This document shows positions 1-8,507 of a DNA stretch of 14,455 bases, piece by piece. The DNA is from Paraspadella gotoi (lineage: Eukaryota > Animalia > Chaetognatha), in NCBI GenBank assembly GCA_051294375.1, contig JBJCIZ010000662.1, forward strand, positions 1 to 14,455, written 5' to 3'. The notes under the pieces were generated by a model. It was not told the origin of the DNA. It was given only the letters and a program-made list of their open reading frames with translations, and did no database searches. Each line of letters begins with the position of its first letter. The stretch's first letter is position 1. The translations under genes were made by a program, and so were the position numbers.

Positions 1-597
1 TCTCTCTAAAACCGATATTCATTGAAGATTTGAAATTTGCAGAAAAACGGTCGTGCTTCTAATGTTTTGAACTAAGTTCGGAGAGTGGTTTCATTGACTT
101 GCTAACTTTTCCGGGCTAACTCTACGCCAAATAAAGCGTTGGTATTTGTGGCGAAATGGCGCAGAGGAGACGATGGCGCCGGTCTATGATGCTCAATAGA
201 TGAGAACGACAAAGTCTCGGCCGCAAAGGCGAAGCCCAGGACATAGTTGAAGTTGAAGAGTTAAGTTGAAGAGAAGTTAGAAGTCCTGGGCAAATGATAA
301 CAAAACATAGTTTAATACAAATCTCAAGCAAGATAATTAAAGTATATAGAAGTTTTAAAGAATCTTTCTTACTTGTGTTTCTGAAAGCCAAATAGTAACA
401 AAAAGTTGCTTCTCTCAACAGGAAAGTCCACCAATGCCAGCAATTACCAAATAGTTTCTAAAACTAAGGATTCCGAGATTTCTAGAGAACTAGAAAGTGC
501 AAGAAGACAGATCTTATTGGTTCATATCGATAAATCGTAATTAGAATCTATCGAAATCCGATGAACAATCAGAATCCGCCACGGAATCTGTATTTAA

Positions 598-1714
598 GGC
601 CAGGGATCAACTCAACCTAAAATTGTAGAAATCTCAATTTACTGTATCTTAATCATTTTCTATGCATCCCGTAAGAGGATTCTATAAAAAATATATATAA
701 AACTTAAAAATCTATACCAAAAATGTTCATAAAAATTTAAAACAAAATTTTTTTTCTTCGGTAAAACTAGATTTTCAGAGGAAATATTTTTTAATAATGT
801 AAGCTAAATTTCTACAAAAGCAACAAATTTTTAACTTAAAACATGATTTTTTTACAGTAAGCTCAATTTCTACTTCTTATATATTTAATTCTTTTTTTTG
901 GTGCAAGTACGTACTTGGAGCTGTATCACTAATAAGTCTAAAATAACTACTCTACTAACATTTTCCAGAAGGGTTTTAGTTATATGAGTTTTATGAGTTA
1001 AAAAACTTATCGAATTTATTTCAATTTGACTTTTTTTAGTTATGTAGATGTTTATATCATAAAAGAGTTGCCACTATTTTCTCGGGAATCGTCTGAAAAA
1101 AAAATCTAATATCAATTAAAAACAGTAAGCCATTTTTTTTTAAGACTTCGGAGTTGAACAAATTCCATCATCACATCCGTGCTTGTGTATGTTTTGGTGA
1201 ATCTTGCAGGGAGAAAGTAATGAGTAAAGAATTTAACTTTTCTTGACGAAGAGAAGTTAAAAACGAAGAGTTGCAGCTCAAACCGTTGGACTCTTCTTGA
1301 GAAAAAAATATGTTGGGCAAGAAAGGAAAGGTGGGGGAGATTCTATGAGCGCGTTTTTGGAAAAACGTTTTCGTTTCAAATATAATCAAGGAATTAATCC
1401 AAAAAATGAATTAAAATAATCAAATTTTCTATGAAGGAATGCAATTTTGAAAAGTATCTTTTCATAGAATTGGAGTCCGTGAACCTAAAGGTAATTCATG
1501 CCAAATTTTCATGAGAAACCGCCTTACCGTTTGGGCTGGCAACTCTTCAAATAGGTTTCTTTTATTTTATATAGTACAAAAAAATAAAAAAACGACTACG
1601 CCTTTGAAAAAATAGTAAAGTGAATACATTTTCGGAAATCGTCAGGAGCTTTCCTTTCGAAATCCGAGCTCGGTTTTTAGCCTAATTATAATTTGAATTG
1701 AGTGATCCCGGACC
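598..1714. mobile_element. Non-autonomous DNA transposon (MITE) with TTAA target duplication, Kolobok-like
   Basis: TTAA(594-597)-GGCCAGGGATCA...TGATCCCGGACC-TTAA(1715-1718). Imperfect 12-bp TIRs start with GG. No coding capacity. 1290-1714 is homologous, inverted, to 4714-~5100. TTAA TSD with RR...YY ends fits Kolobok better than piggyBac (CC...GG). Confidence 0.75.
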
Positions 1715-1748
1715 TTAAGTATATATATATATACAAAAGTCTAAATCA

Positions 1749-1799
1749 AAAAGATGTCTCTGTAATCGCTGAAAGCTGGAAATTCTTGCGTCAGTAAAA
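1749..1799. repeat. Short dispersed repeat, inverted partner of 4149-4197
   Basis: AAAAGATGTCTCTGT (1749-1763) is the exact reverse complement of 4183-4197. GAAAGCTGG and TG(C/T)GTCAG(T/C)AAAA blocks also match. Confidence 0.6.
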
Positions 1800-2410
1800 A
1801 GAAAGACAAAAGAGCATCGGGAAAAAGTGGAGAAACTGGATTTCTTCGTGATATAAAGATAGTTATTTTGTAACACCCGTAATACTAAGAGTCGAAACAT
1901 GTACAATAATAAAATAAAATTGCTATTACAACGAATTTTTCGTTTCATCTCTAAACTATTTATAGCAAAAAAGAAAGCCAAAATACATTGACATGGATGA
2001 TAATCTTTTGTGATAAAGCTGTCATAAAACAGTAAAAAACCAATAGCAGTCAGAATAGATCAAAAACTTTTAATAATACATATTTAATTGATTATCAAGC
2101 ACTATTTCCGGTTTGGGACACGCTCACTATTGATGAAAACCCTTTTTTGAACATTTTTTGTCTAAGTACTACTTATTAAATAATTATACTAATTGCAGGA
2201 TAAGTAAATAACAACTGCCTAACTTTTCATTTGTAGTAAAAAGAAAAATTCTATATTGTAGCCCACGCCAACTTCCGGTAAATTGTGCGTAGGTCTAATG
2301 CAAAATCTGATTGACAACACCTTATTAATCGTTTTAAGCACTTAAAATAATACTAGAAACTGTACAGGATTGTGAAAATTTTCGACTGCATGATTAAAAA
2401 AAACAGTGTA

Positions 2411-2541
2411 ATAATGATGCAAGTTAAAAAAATGATACAAGTTAAAAACAATTTTACAAGTGAAAAGAAGGATGCAAGTTAAAAATAATGATGCAAATTA
2501 AAGAAATGATGCAAATTAAAAAAGAGAAACAAGTTAAAAAA
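2411..2541. repeat. Degenerate ~18-bp minisatellite (ATGATGCAAGTTAAAAAA), ~7 units
   Basis: Directly visible tandem units, e.g. atgatgcaagttaaaaaa, atgatacaagttaaaaaca, atgatgcaaattaaagaa. Confidence 0.85.
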
Positions 2542-2679
2542 AATATTAATAATGCCTCTGTAACAGTTCAGCGATTTACATGTATTGGCGCAGCCACTGG
2601 TTTGTTTTTTTCCCAGATTTTTTCATTAATTTTTTTTATAGTGCCGTCTGGCGATATTACTCTTCTTTTAATATTTTTT

Positions 2680-2799
2680 TGCATAATTTGTCATAATTCA
2701 AAGATCTGACATGATTTAAGCGAATGACCGACAAGATTGAGGGGGTGGACAGACGGACTGACAAAGTTGATTATAAAGTTGGGAGATCTGACTAAAAAA
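2680..2799 (+). mobile_element. Short HINE/Helentron-like repeat (GACA/GACG microsatellite - AAAGT..TTATA - GACTAAAAA end)
   Basis: Aligns by eye over ~120 bp with the reverse complement of 13323-13456 (gcataatttRtcataa...gacaagatt...gggtgg...actgacaaagt...agatcYgactaaaaa). The family assignment is inference from architecture. Confidence 0.55.
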
Positions 2800-2814
2800 T
2801 ATTTAGATTAATTT

Positions 2815-3981
2815 TTACTGAATAATACTTACTTTAATTGGATAGTACAATGCTGCTGTAGAAGACGACTTATCAATCATAAAACCATAACAAAGAAATG
2901 GAGCTTTGTTATTGAACCGAGCAATCTGAAATTCAGCTATTGCCCGAAACAGTATTGTTCTCTCAGAAATACAATTTGCAGAATTTGAACCAAAAAAATT
3001 AAAATTTTGTTTCTTTAAGGGCGATTTCTCTTCTATCACATCAATATGAAATGCATTAACAATTGTTTTTTTAATAAACTTGAAGTAAATTATTTTTGGC
3101 CATTTACCATTTTTACTCGATTCCCAAAATTTACTTCGTTCATTTAGACAATCCTGACCAAGAAAGGCACATTTTGGGGAGGAAATATAATTTTCTGTAC
3201 TGCCAGACTTTCCATGAAGTTTAATGCGGCCATATTCATAGCCAGTTTGGCATCCATTGCAAATTATACTTCCAGCTATACTGCGTTGTTTCTTGCCACA
3301 TTTTTTACATTGTTTTCCCCCTGCAGCATCTAAAAATGTATTTTTTGGACATGGTTTACAAAAGGTGCTTCTGGTTCTTGCTGAAAAACTTCCTGGAGCA
3401 CACTTTAAACAAGATTTTTTTCCTGAAGCATTTTGAAATGTTCCTTGTGGACAAACATAATATTGTTTAGATCCAAAGCCTGAATATGTTCCAGGAGGGC
3501 ATTTAATACAATTTTTTTGTTGTGCTTTAGGTTGATAGAAACCAGCGCTACATTTTGTGCATCTTTGTGCACCTGGATTCGGAGAAAATGAACCTGGTTG
3601 GCAATTGCTACAAACTTTAGCCTTTTTTAAAGATGAATAAGATCCAGCCGGGCACTTGATGCAACTTGGTTGACCCATTTTTGACTGATATGTACCTTTG
3701 GGACACGCAGTACACTGTTTTGAACCATGTTTAGAAAAGTATCCCGGTCCACAATATTTACACCCTAAAGACTTAGGTAATGACTGGTACATTCCAGCCT
3801 TACATTTCTCACATCCAGTCCTTGAATTTCGGAGATAGGTTCCTGGTTCACAAGGCAAACACTGACTTGATCCTTTTATTTTTGCATATGTTCCTTTTGG
3901 ACATGGTTTACATTTTCCAACTAGTTTTAATTCATCATTATAAGTACCTTGAGGACATTTTACACAATTTGTTGTTTGGTC
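2815..3981 (-). CDS. Coding exon of a Cys-rich GCC2/GCC3 (ephrin-receptor-like) repeat protein with a C-terminal probable discoidin/galactose-binding-like domain
   Basis: About 14 tandem CxxCxxGx(Y/F)-x7-9 units (e.g. CKPCPKGTYAKIKGSSQCLPCEPGTY), then a beta-rich domain with FWES...IYFKF...FNFFGSN...CYGF. The ORF-track Met (4008) lies in intron-like sequence; a phase-0 acceptor ttaattcag|GAC is at 3981. The end is either the TAA at 2815 or a consensus donor AAA|GTAAGT after 2833. Confidence 0.85.
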   Translation of the reverse strand, partial: DQTTNCVKCPQGTYNDELKLVGKCKPCPKGTYAKIKGSSQCLPCEPGTYLRNSRTGCEKCKAGMYQSLPKSLGCKYCGPGYFSKHGSKQCTACPKGTYQSKMGQPSCIKCPAGSYSSLKKAKVCSNCQPGSFSPNPGAQRCTKCSAGFYQPKAQQKNCIKCPPGTYSGFGSKQYYVCPQGTFQNASGKKSCLKCAPGSFSARTRSTFCKPCPKNTFLDAAGGKQCKKCGKKQRSIAGSIICNGCQTGYEYGRIKLHGKSGSTENYISSPKCAFLGQDCLNERSKFWESSKNGKWPKIIYFKFIKKTIVNAFHIDVIEEKSPLKKQNFNFFGSNSANCISERTILFRAIAEFQIARFNNKAPFLCYGFMIDKSSSTAALYYPIKVSIIQ

Positions 3982-4366
3982 CTGAATTAATATTAACATT
4001 TCATTCATTCAATTTAGGTAATAAAACTCTTATTGGTGTTTCCTAGCTAAATTTTGTTTACTTGACAAGCATTAATGATAGTTCCACCCAATACATCTAT
4101 TATGAAATAATATATAATAATATATTTTTGTCTAACCTAATTCCCTGCTTTTGCTGACACAAAGTGGACCAGCTTTCTAGCAACAGAGACATCTTTTGTT
4201 ATCTCGCCCGTCTTGGTTAGATTTTGCTTTGGCTCAGCTTCTTTGTGACGTCATCGTCGTCGTCATTGGCATCCATGGCATTATAGTCGTATGCATCGGC
4301 GTTACTTTTTTTTTCTTATATAGTTTTGACTGGGGTTTACAATTTTTTTTAAATAAAAACTACTAC

Positions 4367-4624
4367 CTGTGCTCACTTCTGACCACTATTCTTTTCTCAA
4401 CTCAGTGTTGGAAACTTTGCCCTTTCTCTTTATTTCTCTCTCTTTCTTTCTCTCTCTTTCTTTTGTACAAACTTTTCAAATAATTCAAAAAACCGAATTG
4501 ACGCTGATGAAGGCTTAAATGTAAGCCAAAACATGTTCGTTTTAATACAATAAAATCGTTGTAAAAAATAATTTAAACATCTTCTAACATCAAACCACAA
4601 TGAAAAGAAAGGAAAATCAAGACA
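4367..4624 (+). mobile_element. Short 5'-truncated Penelope-like pLTR insertion with tail and 16-bp TSD
   Basis: Exact direct repeat AAATAAAAACTACTAC at 4351-4366 and 4625-4640. The interior shares ctcacWtctgaccact...tgttggaaa, a CT tract, the hammerhead and AATAAA with the other PLE 3' ends. Confidence 0.85.
4501..4540 (+). ncRNA. Minimal type I hammerhead ribozyme, core-mutated (GAAA->AAAA)
   Basis: ACG-CUGAUGA-A-GGCUUA(AAUG)UAAGCC-AAAA-CAUG-UU-CGU. Stems I and II are intact; catalytic G12 is replaced by A. Confidence 0.8.
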
Positions 4625-5159
4625 AAATAAAAACTACTACATATTACGATGAATTTTTATAAAACTGTACGATCATAGTAAGTTAAAAATTTAGATATGC
4701 TACTCATCTTTAAGGCCTGGGATCACTGGCCAAAAGTTATAATTAGGATTAAATAAAGCTTATATTCGAAAATTAGAGGTCCAGTTGATTCTGAAACTTT
4801 ATCTTCTCTTCGAATCCATTGCTGTTTTTTCGAATTTTATAATACTATATTAAAATAAAAGAAACCTTTTGGAAGAGTTGCGGCCCAAACGGCTAAGGGA
4901 TTTTCATGAAATTTTACTAAATTTACTTGAGGACAAGGGTCCCAATTCAATGAGAGGGATTTTTTCCAAAATTCACTTATCTTCAAGAAAAAAAAAAGAA
5001 TAGAAAATATTATTGGCATTAAATTCTAAATATACTTGAAAACTAGTAACATTTTCCAAAAATCCCTCTCATAGAATTTCCTCCCACCTTTCCATACTTA
5101 TAAAAATAATTTTAGTTTATTTTTATTTCAAATGTTTTTTTTTTTAGGACAAAAACAGT

Positions 5160-5274
5160 TTTAATTTGACAACAATTTAATTGACACAATTTAGTCAGCA
5201 TTGTTCAGCTCTTTTCTTAGAAGCCTTTATCAGTGCTTTTGACATATCAATATTTAGTCTCTGTTGAAGTAAAG

Positions 5275-5309
<35 letters not shown>

Positions 5310-6057
5310 TTGAGGGAGAGTTTCCAACACAAAGAATAAGGTAAGGGACAGTGGTCAGATGTGAGGCAGCTGAAAGGTAAGGAGAGGGAAGAAGTAAGTC
5401 TTTGAAAAAATGAAAAAGAGTGAGAGAGAGAGAAGCAAAGCAAAAATTTAAACAATAACATTTTAGCATGTACACAGAGATAAAGTGCATTAAATAATCT
5501 AGAATAAAACTGAAAATTAAATGTTAACAACAGAATAAATAAGTTAGTAGATAAAAGTGAAATTTGAAATAGAAAATAAGTGGTGAGGGATAGATAAGTG
5601 AAGAAAAGTTAAAGTAGTAAAGAAAGAGCTAAAAATGATCTAGCCCCCCCAGCGGGCAATGGAGGACGTTGACGATAAGGTCGGGTCATTGGCCTGTCAT
5701 AAGGTTGCCGAGGGTATATATGTAGAGTTTTAGATACCATGCTGGGATCCGGAAGAGATCCGCCTGGGAAAATGCCAAGTACTACTGGTATATCCCTTTG
5801 GCCTGATAAGCCTGCCGACAGCCCTCCTCTCACCTGACGGTGAGGCAGGCAGTTGCCTGTTCTGGCCTGTTTTGCTACAGGAGATACAGACTCCTCTCCC
5901 TCCTCCTGTAGCCGTCGTTTTGGGCGACGCTCGGCGCGAGGAGAGTCACGCCAAGTTGCTACAGGCTCAGGAAAGGTATTGGACGTCCATTGCCTGCTGA
6001 GAGGCCTCCGCCTGACTCGTTGAGTGGGGACAGGGGAATCATTGTGCGGTTGGGGTG
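5160..6057 (-). mobile_element. 3' fragment of Penelope-like element (ORF C-terminal extension + pLTR), divergent subfamily
   Basis: Translation PHNDSPVPTQRVRRRPL...RRPKRRLQEEGEESVSPVAK...LGIFP is homologous to the 9705-10223 ORF. It is followed by CT tracts, the ctcacatctgaccact block and a hammerhead remnant. Boundaries approximate. Confidence 0.85.
5193..5236 (-). ncRNA. Degenerate hammerhead ribozyme remnant
   Basis: Minus strand reads GCA-CUGAUAA-AGGCUU...AGAGCU-GAACAAUGCUGA at the position equivalent to the intact copies. The CUGAUGA and GAAA boxes and the cleavage triplet are all altered. Confidence 0.6.
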
Positions 6058-6582
6058 TCTCTGCGGACTGAGCGTCGCCCAAAGCGACGGCTTCAGGAGG
6101 AGGGAGAGGAGTCCGTCACTCCTGTCACAAAAGTGGCAAGAACGGACAACCGCCCACCTCGTCAGCAGGCGAGAAGAGGGCAGCCGGCAGGCGTATCAGG
6201 CCAAGAGACATAGAGTAGCCCTTGGGATCTTTCCGCAAGGATCGCTTCCCAATCGGCATTCATCAGTTCGGTCATACTCTCCTCTCAGCCATGACACGCC
6301 AATGACCCGTCATCATCGTCCTTGTCCTTTCATTTGCATAAAACAAGGGGGGCCAGCTCACTTTGAGCTCTTTCTTTCCCTTGAATTTCACTTTCTAATC
6401 TCTTAATTATCACTGAAAACTTAAATACTTTTCATATTTCATTTCACTTACTATCCTTAGCTAATTACTTATTTATTCATAGTTAAATGTTAAATTTCTC
6501 CATGTTAGTTTTTCAAACTCCTTTATCTTTGTTGTACATTGCAAAAATGTATCTTTATTATTTATTTACTCTCTGTTGTTTT

Positions 6583-6620
<38 letters not shown>

Positions 6621-6875
6621 AACCAAGTTTCACTTCTTTCACAACTATCAATCTGTCCTCACCTTAACACTGTCCTCACATCTGACCACTATTCTGTCTC
6701 ACCACTTTGTTGGAAAAACTTTTACCCTCTCTCTCTCTCTCTCTCACATCTCTTCTTTTGCACAAATTTATTATTGAATGTCATATGCTGATGAAGGCTT
6801 TGAAATAAGCAAGCCGAAACATGTCCAACACTAATAAAAAATCGTTGTTAATTCAAAATTCTATTGCTCTCTCTA
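6058..6875 (+). mobile_element. 3' fragment of Penelope-like element (ORF C-terminal extension + pLTR)
   Basis: Encodes ERRPKRRLQEEGEESVTPVTKVARTDNRPP.../RVALGIFPQGSLPN with one frameshift. Colinear with ~9985-10790, including two (CT)n tracts, hammerhead and AATAAA (6833-6838). Boundaries approximate. Confidence 0.85.
6786..6827 (+). ncRNA. Minimal type I hammerhead ribozyme, intact core
   Basis: UG-CUGAUGA(6788-6794)-A-GGCUU(loop)AAGCC-GAAA-CAUG-UC-CA. Predicted GUC cleavage after 6825. Palindromic ACAUGU in stem III. Stem I is only 2 bp. Confidence 0.85.
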
Positions 6876-6979
6876 AGGTTTACTGATAAAAAAATTGCCC
6901 GATTTTTAGTTGCCTCTTGAAGCTGAACCTTAATCAAATTTAGAGTTTTTTTTTTTTTGAAACGTGAAGGGAATACACT

Positions 6980-7004
6980 NNNNNNNNNNNNNNNNNNNNN
7001 NNNN
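6980..7004. other. Assembly gap (25 N)
   Basis: Run of N. Confidence 1.
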
Positions 7005-7400
7005 TTCTTTGACATAATAATAAATTGTACAAAGCTTTATGCAACTCTTGTTTGAATGATCCCGGGCCTTAAGGTTGAGTGGGAGGCTTGCTCGCCACAA
7101 AGGCCAAAGCGCCTTTTATCTAATTAGCTACTTTCTTTTTGCATCATTTGGCAAACCTTTAAAGGCCAATATCTTGGCTTAAGGATATTTAATATTTAAA
7201 ATCCCTTAGAGAAATCTATTTGTATAACCAAATCTTACTTTCTTATAAAACCTTATTAGAATTTGGTCAGGGACGATTTGGCTTAAAAAAATAATAATTT
7301 CTAATTTTAAGTTTTTTGTAATAATAATTTTTTAACCTTATTTATAAACCACAACAATAAATTAAGTATTAAGGTTATTAATAATTTTATTTTGATTAAT

Positions 7401-7840
7401 TTAAGTATGCTGGCTGAATAAAAGCTCATTTTTTTCCAAAAATTTTGAATTTTTAAAACCGGAAGTGGTACGACGTAAAAACTGGCGTGGAAAATCCATC
7501 AAGAGCATTCGGGGAAATTTTTTATTGTGATATTCGTTTTCTCCACTAAATTTGGCACAAGAAACTTTGCAGGTATCAGGAACTTTCAAAAATGCAAGGT
7601 ATTTCTGGGAGCTCTAATTTGCAAGGATAGGTAATTCTTGTTCATTTTCAATAGCTTCAACAGCATCAATTTTTGCCTGCAGGTCAGCTTGAATCTTTTC
7701 ACCTTTAAGGCCTGACTTTGTTAAAAATTCTTTTTTAATAAGTCAACCATTTCTTGGTCAAAAGCCTGTGTAGCCTTAATTGCTGCTAACTCAGCTTTCA
7801 TAGACTTAGCAAAACTGCTACTCTTACCAGACCCATGTGA
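7401..7840 (-). pseudogene. 3' half of a decayed coding sequence of unknown function
   Basis: Manual translation SHGSGKSSSFAKSMKAELAAIKATQAFDQEMVDLLKK/EFLTKSGLKGEKIQADLQAKIDAVEAIENEQELPILAN*SSQKYLAFLKVPDTCK... with one frameshift in the T-run near 7731-7736 and one stop (7614-7616). Confidence 0.6.
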
Positions 7841-8409
7841 CTAGGCGTTGAAAAATAACGAAATATAACAAATCAATTGAGTTACATAGCTATTTTAGTG
7901 TAATAAAGTCTGTAGAATTCGATGATGATAACCATTTTTTTGTATAGTCTTATCTTCTGTGTCGGAAATGGCGATTTTTGCAGCATATAAGGTGCTATTA
8001 AAATGGAGCAAACGTTGTAGAGTATAAGAAACTCAATTTATTAAGATTTTATAAAAGCCATATTTAACTAACATAATATGAAAATAAAGACCCATATAAA
8101 TATTTTGGTAAGTTTATTTACAAATTTTATATTTTATTATTAGTTTGTTAGCTATATTTATTAATAAATAATAATAAAAAATAAGCTAAAGTAAAAAAAT
8201 AAAAAAAATTAAATTTTAAAACCGGATTTGAATTCCTTACAAAAAGTTGATATAAGAAAGTATAATCCATTTTAAAAAATTCTTACATTAAGTAGGTTAA
8301 AAATATAAACAACTATTATTTTTGTTTAATTTTTTCAAATTTTGGCTTAAAATTATAGTTTTTCTGAATTTTGACCAACTTAATAACATAATTTTGATAT
8401 AAAAATTAT

Positions 8410-8507
8410 TGTATTAATCTTTTCAGCTTCATTGAGTTTAGAGATTTAAGCAAAGTTTGGAAATAATTTCATCAACAATTTTATTTGTGTACGGTCATGT
8501 TTCGACT
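8410..8507 (-). repeat. Inverted partial pLTR (61 bp) plus 37-bp tail
   Basis: 8447-8507 equals the reverse complement of 10741-10801 with one mismatch (8495). 8410-8446 is an extension resembling the tail of the 4367-4624 copy. Confidence 0.9.

Larger units (their letters stand above)
4714..7068. mobile_element. Second TTAA-flanked Kolobok-like MITE (opposite orientation to 598-1714), interrupted by PLE fragments and an assembly gap
   Basis: TTAA(4710-4713)-GGCCTGGGATCA...TGATCCCGGGCC-TTAA(7069-7072). Internal blocks such as gaagagttgc..cccaaacgg and ctcatagaat..cccacctttcc are shared with the first copy. Pairing of the two ends spans the N gap. Confidence 0.7.

Noticed and set aside
2488-2709. 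73-aa ORF with MMQIKK repeats
   Set aside because: It arises from the 18-bp minisatellite plus AT-rich sequence; no other coding evidence.
3982-4008. ATG at 4008 as start of the Cys-rich protein
   Set aside because: No signal peptide, intron-like composition, an acceptor at 3981, and a compatible upstream exon exists.
4063-4097. Possible micro-exon (ag|ATGTATTGGGTGG...TGTCAA|gtaaac, minus strand)
   Set aside because: 35 bp would break the phase-0 join and it has no repeat motif; cannot be supported without transcripts.
5195-6791. Leu/Ser-rich ORFs (5195-5530, 5254-5490, 6487-6777, 6576-6791; likewise 4196-4483, 10603-10897)
   Set aside because: Translations of (CT)n/(AG)n tracts in pLTRs.
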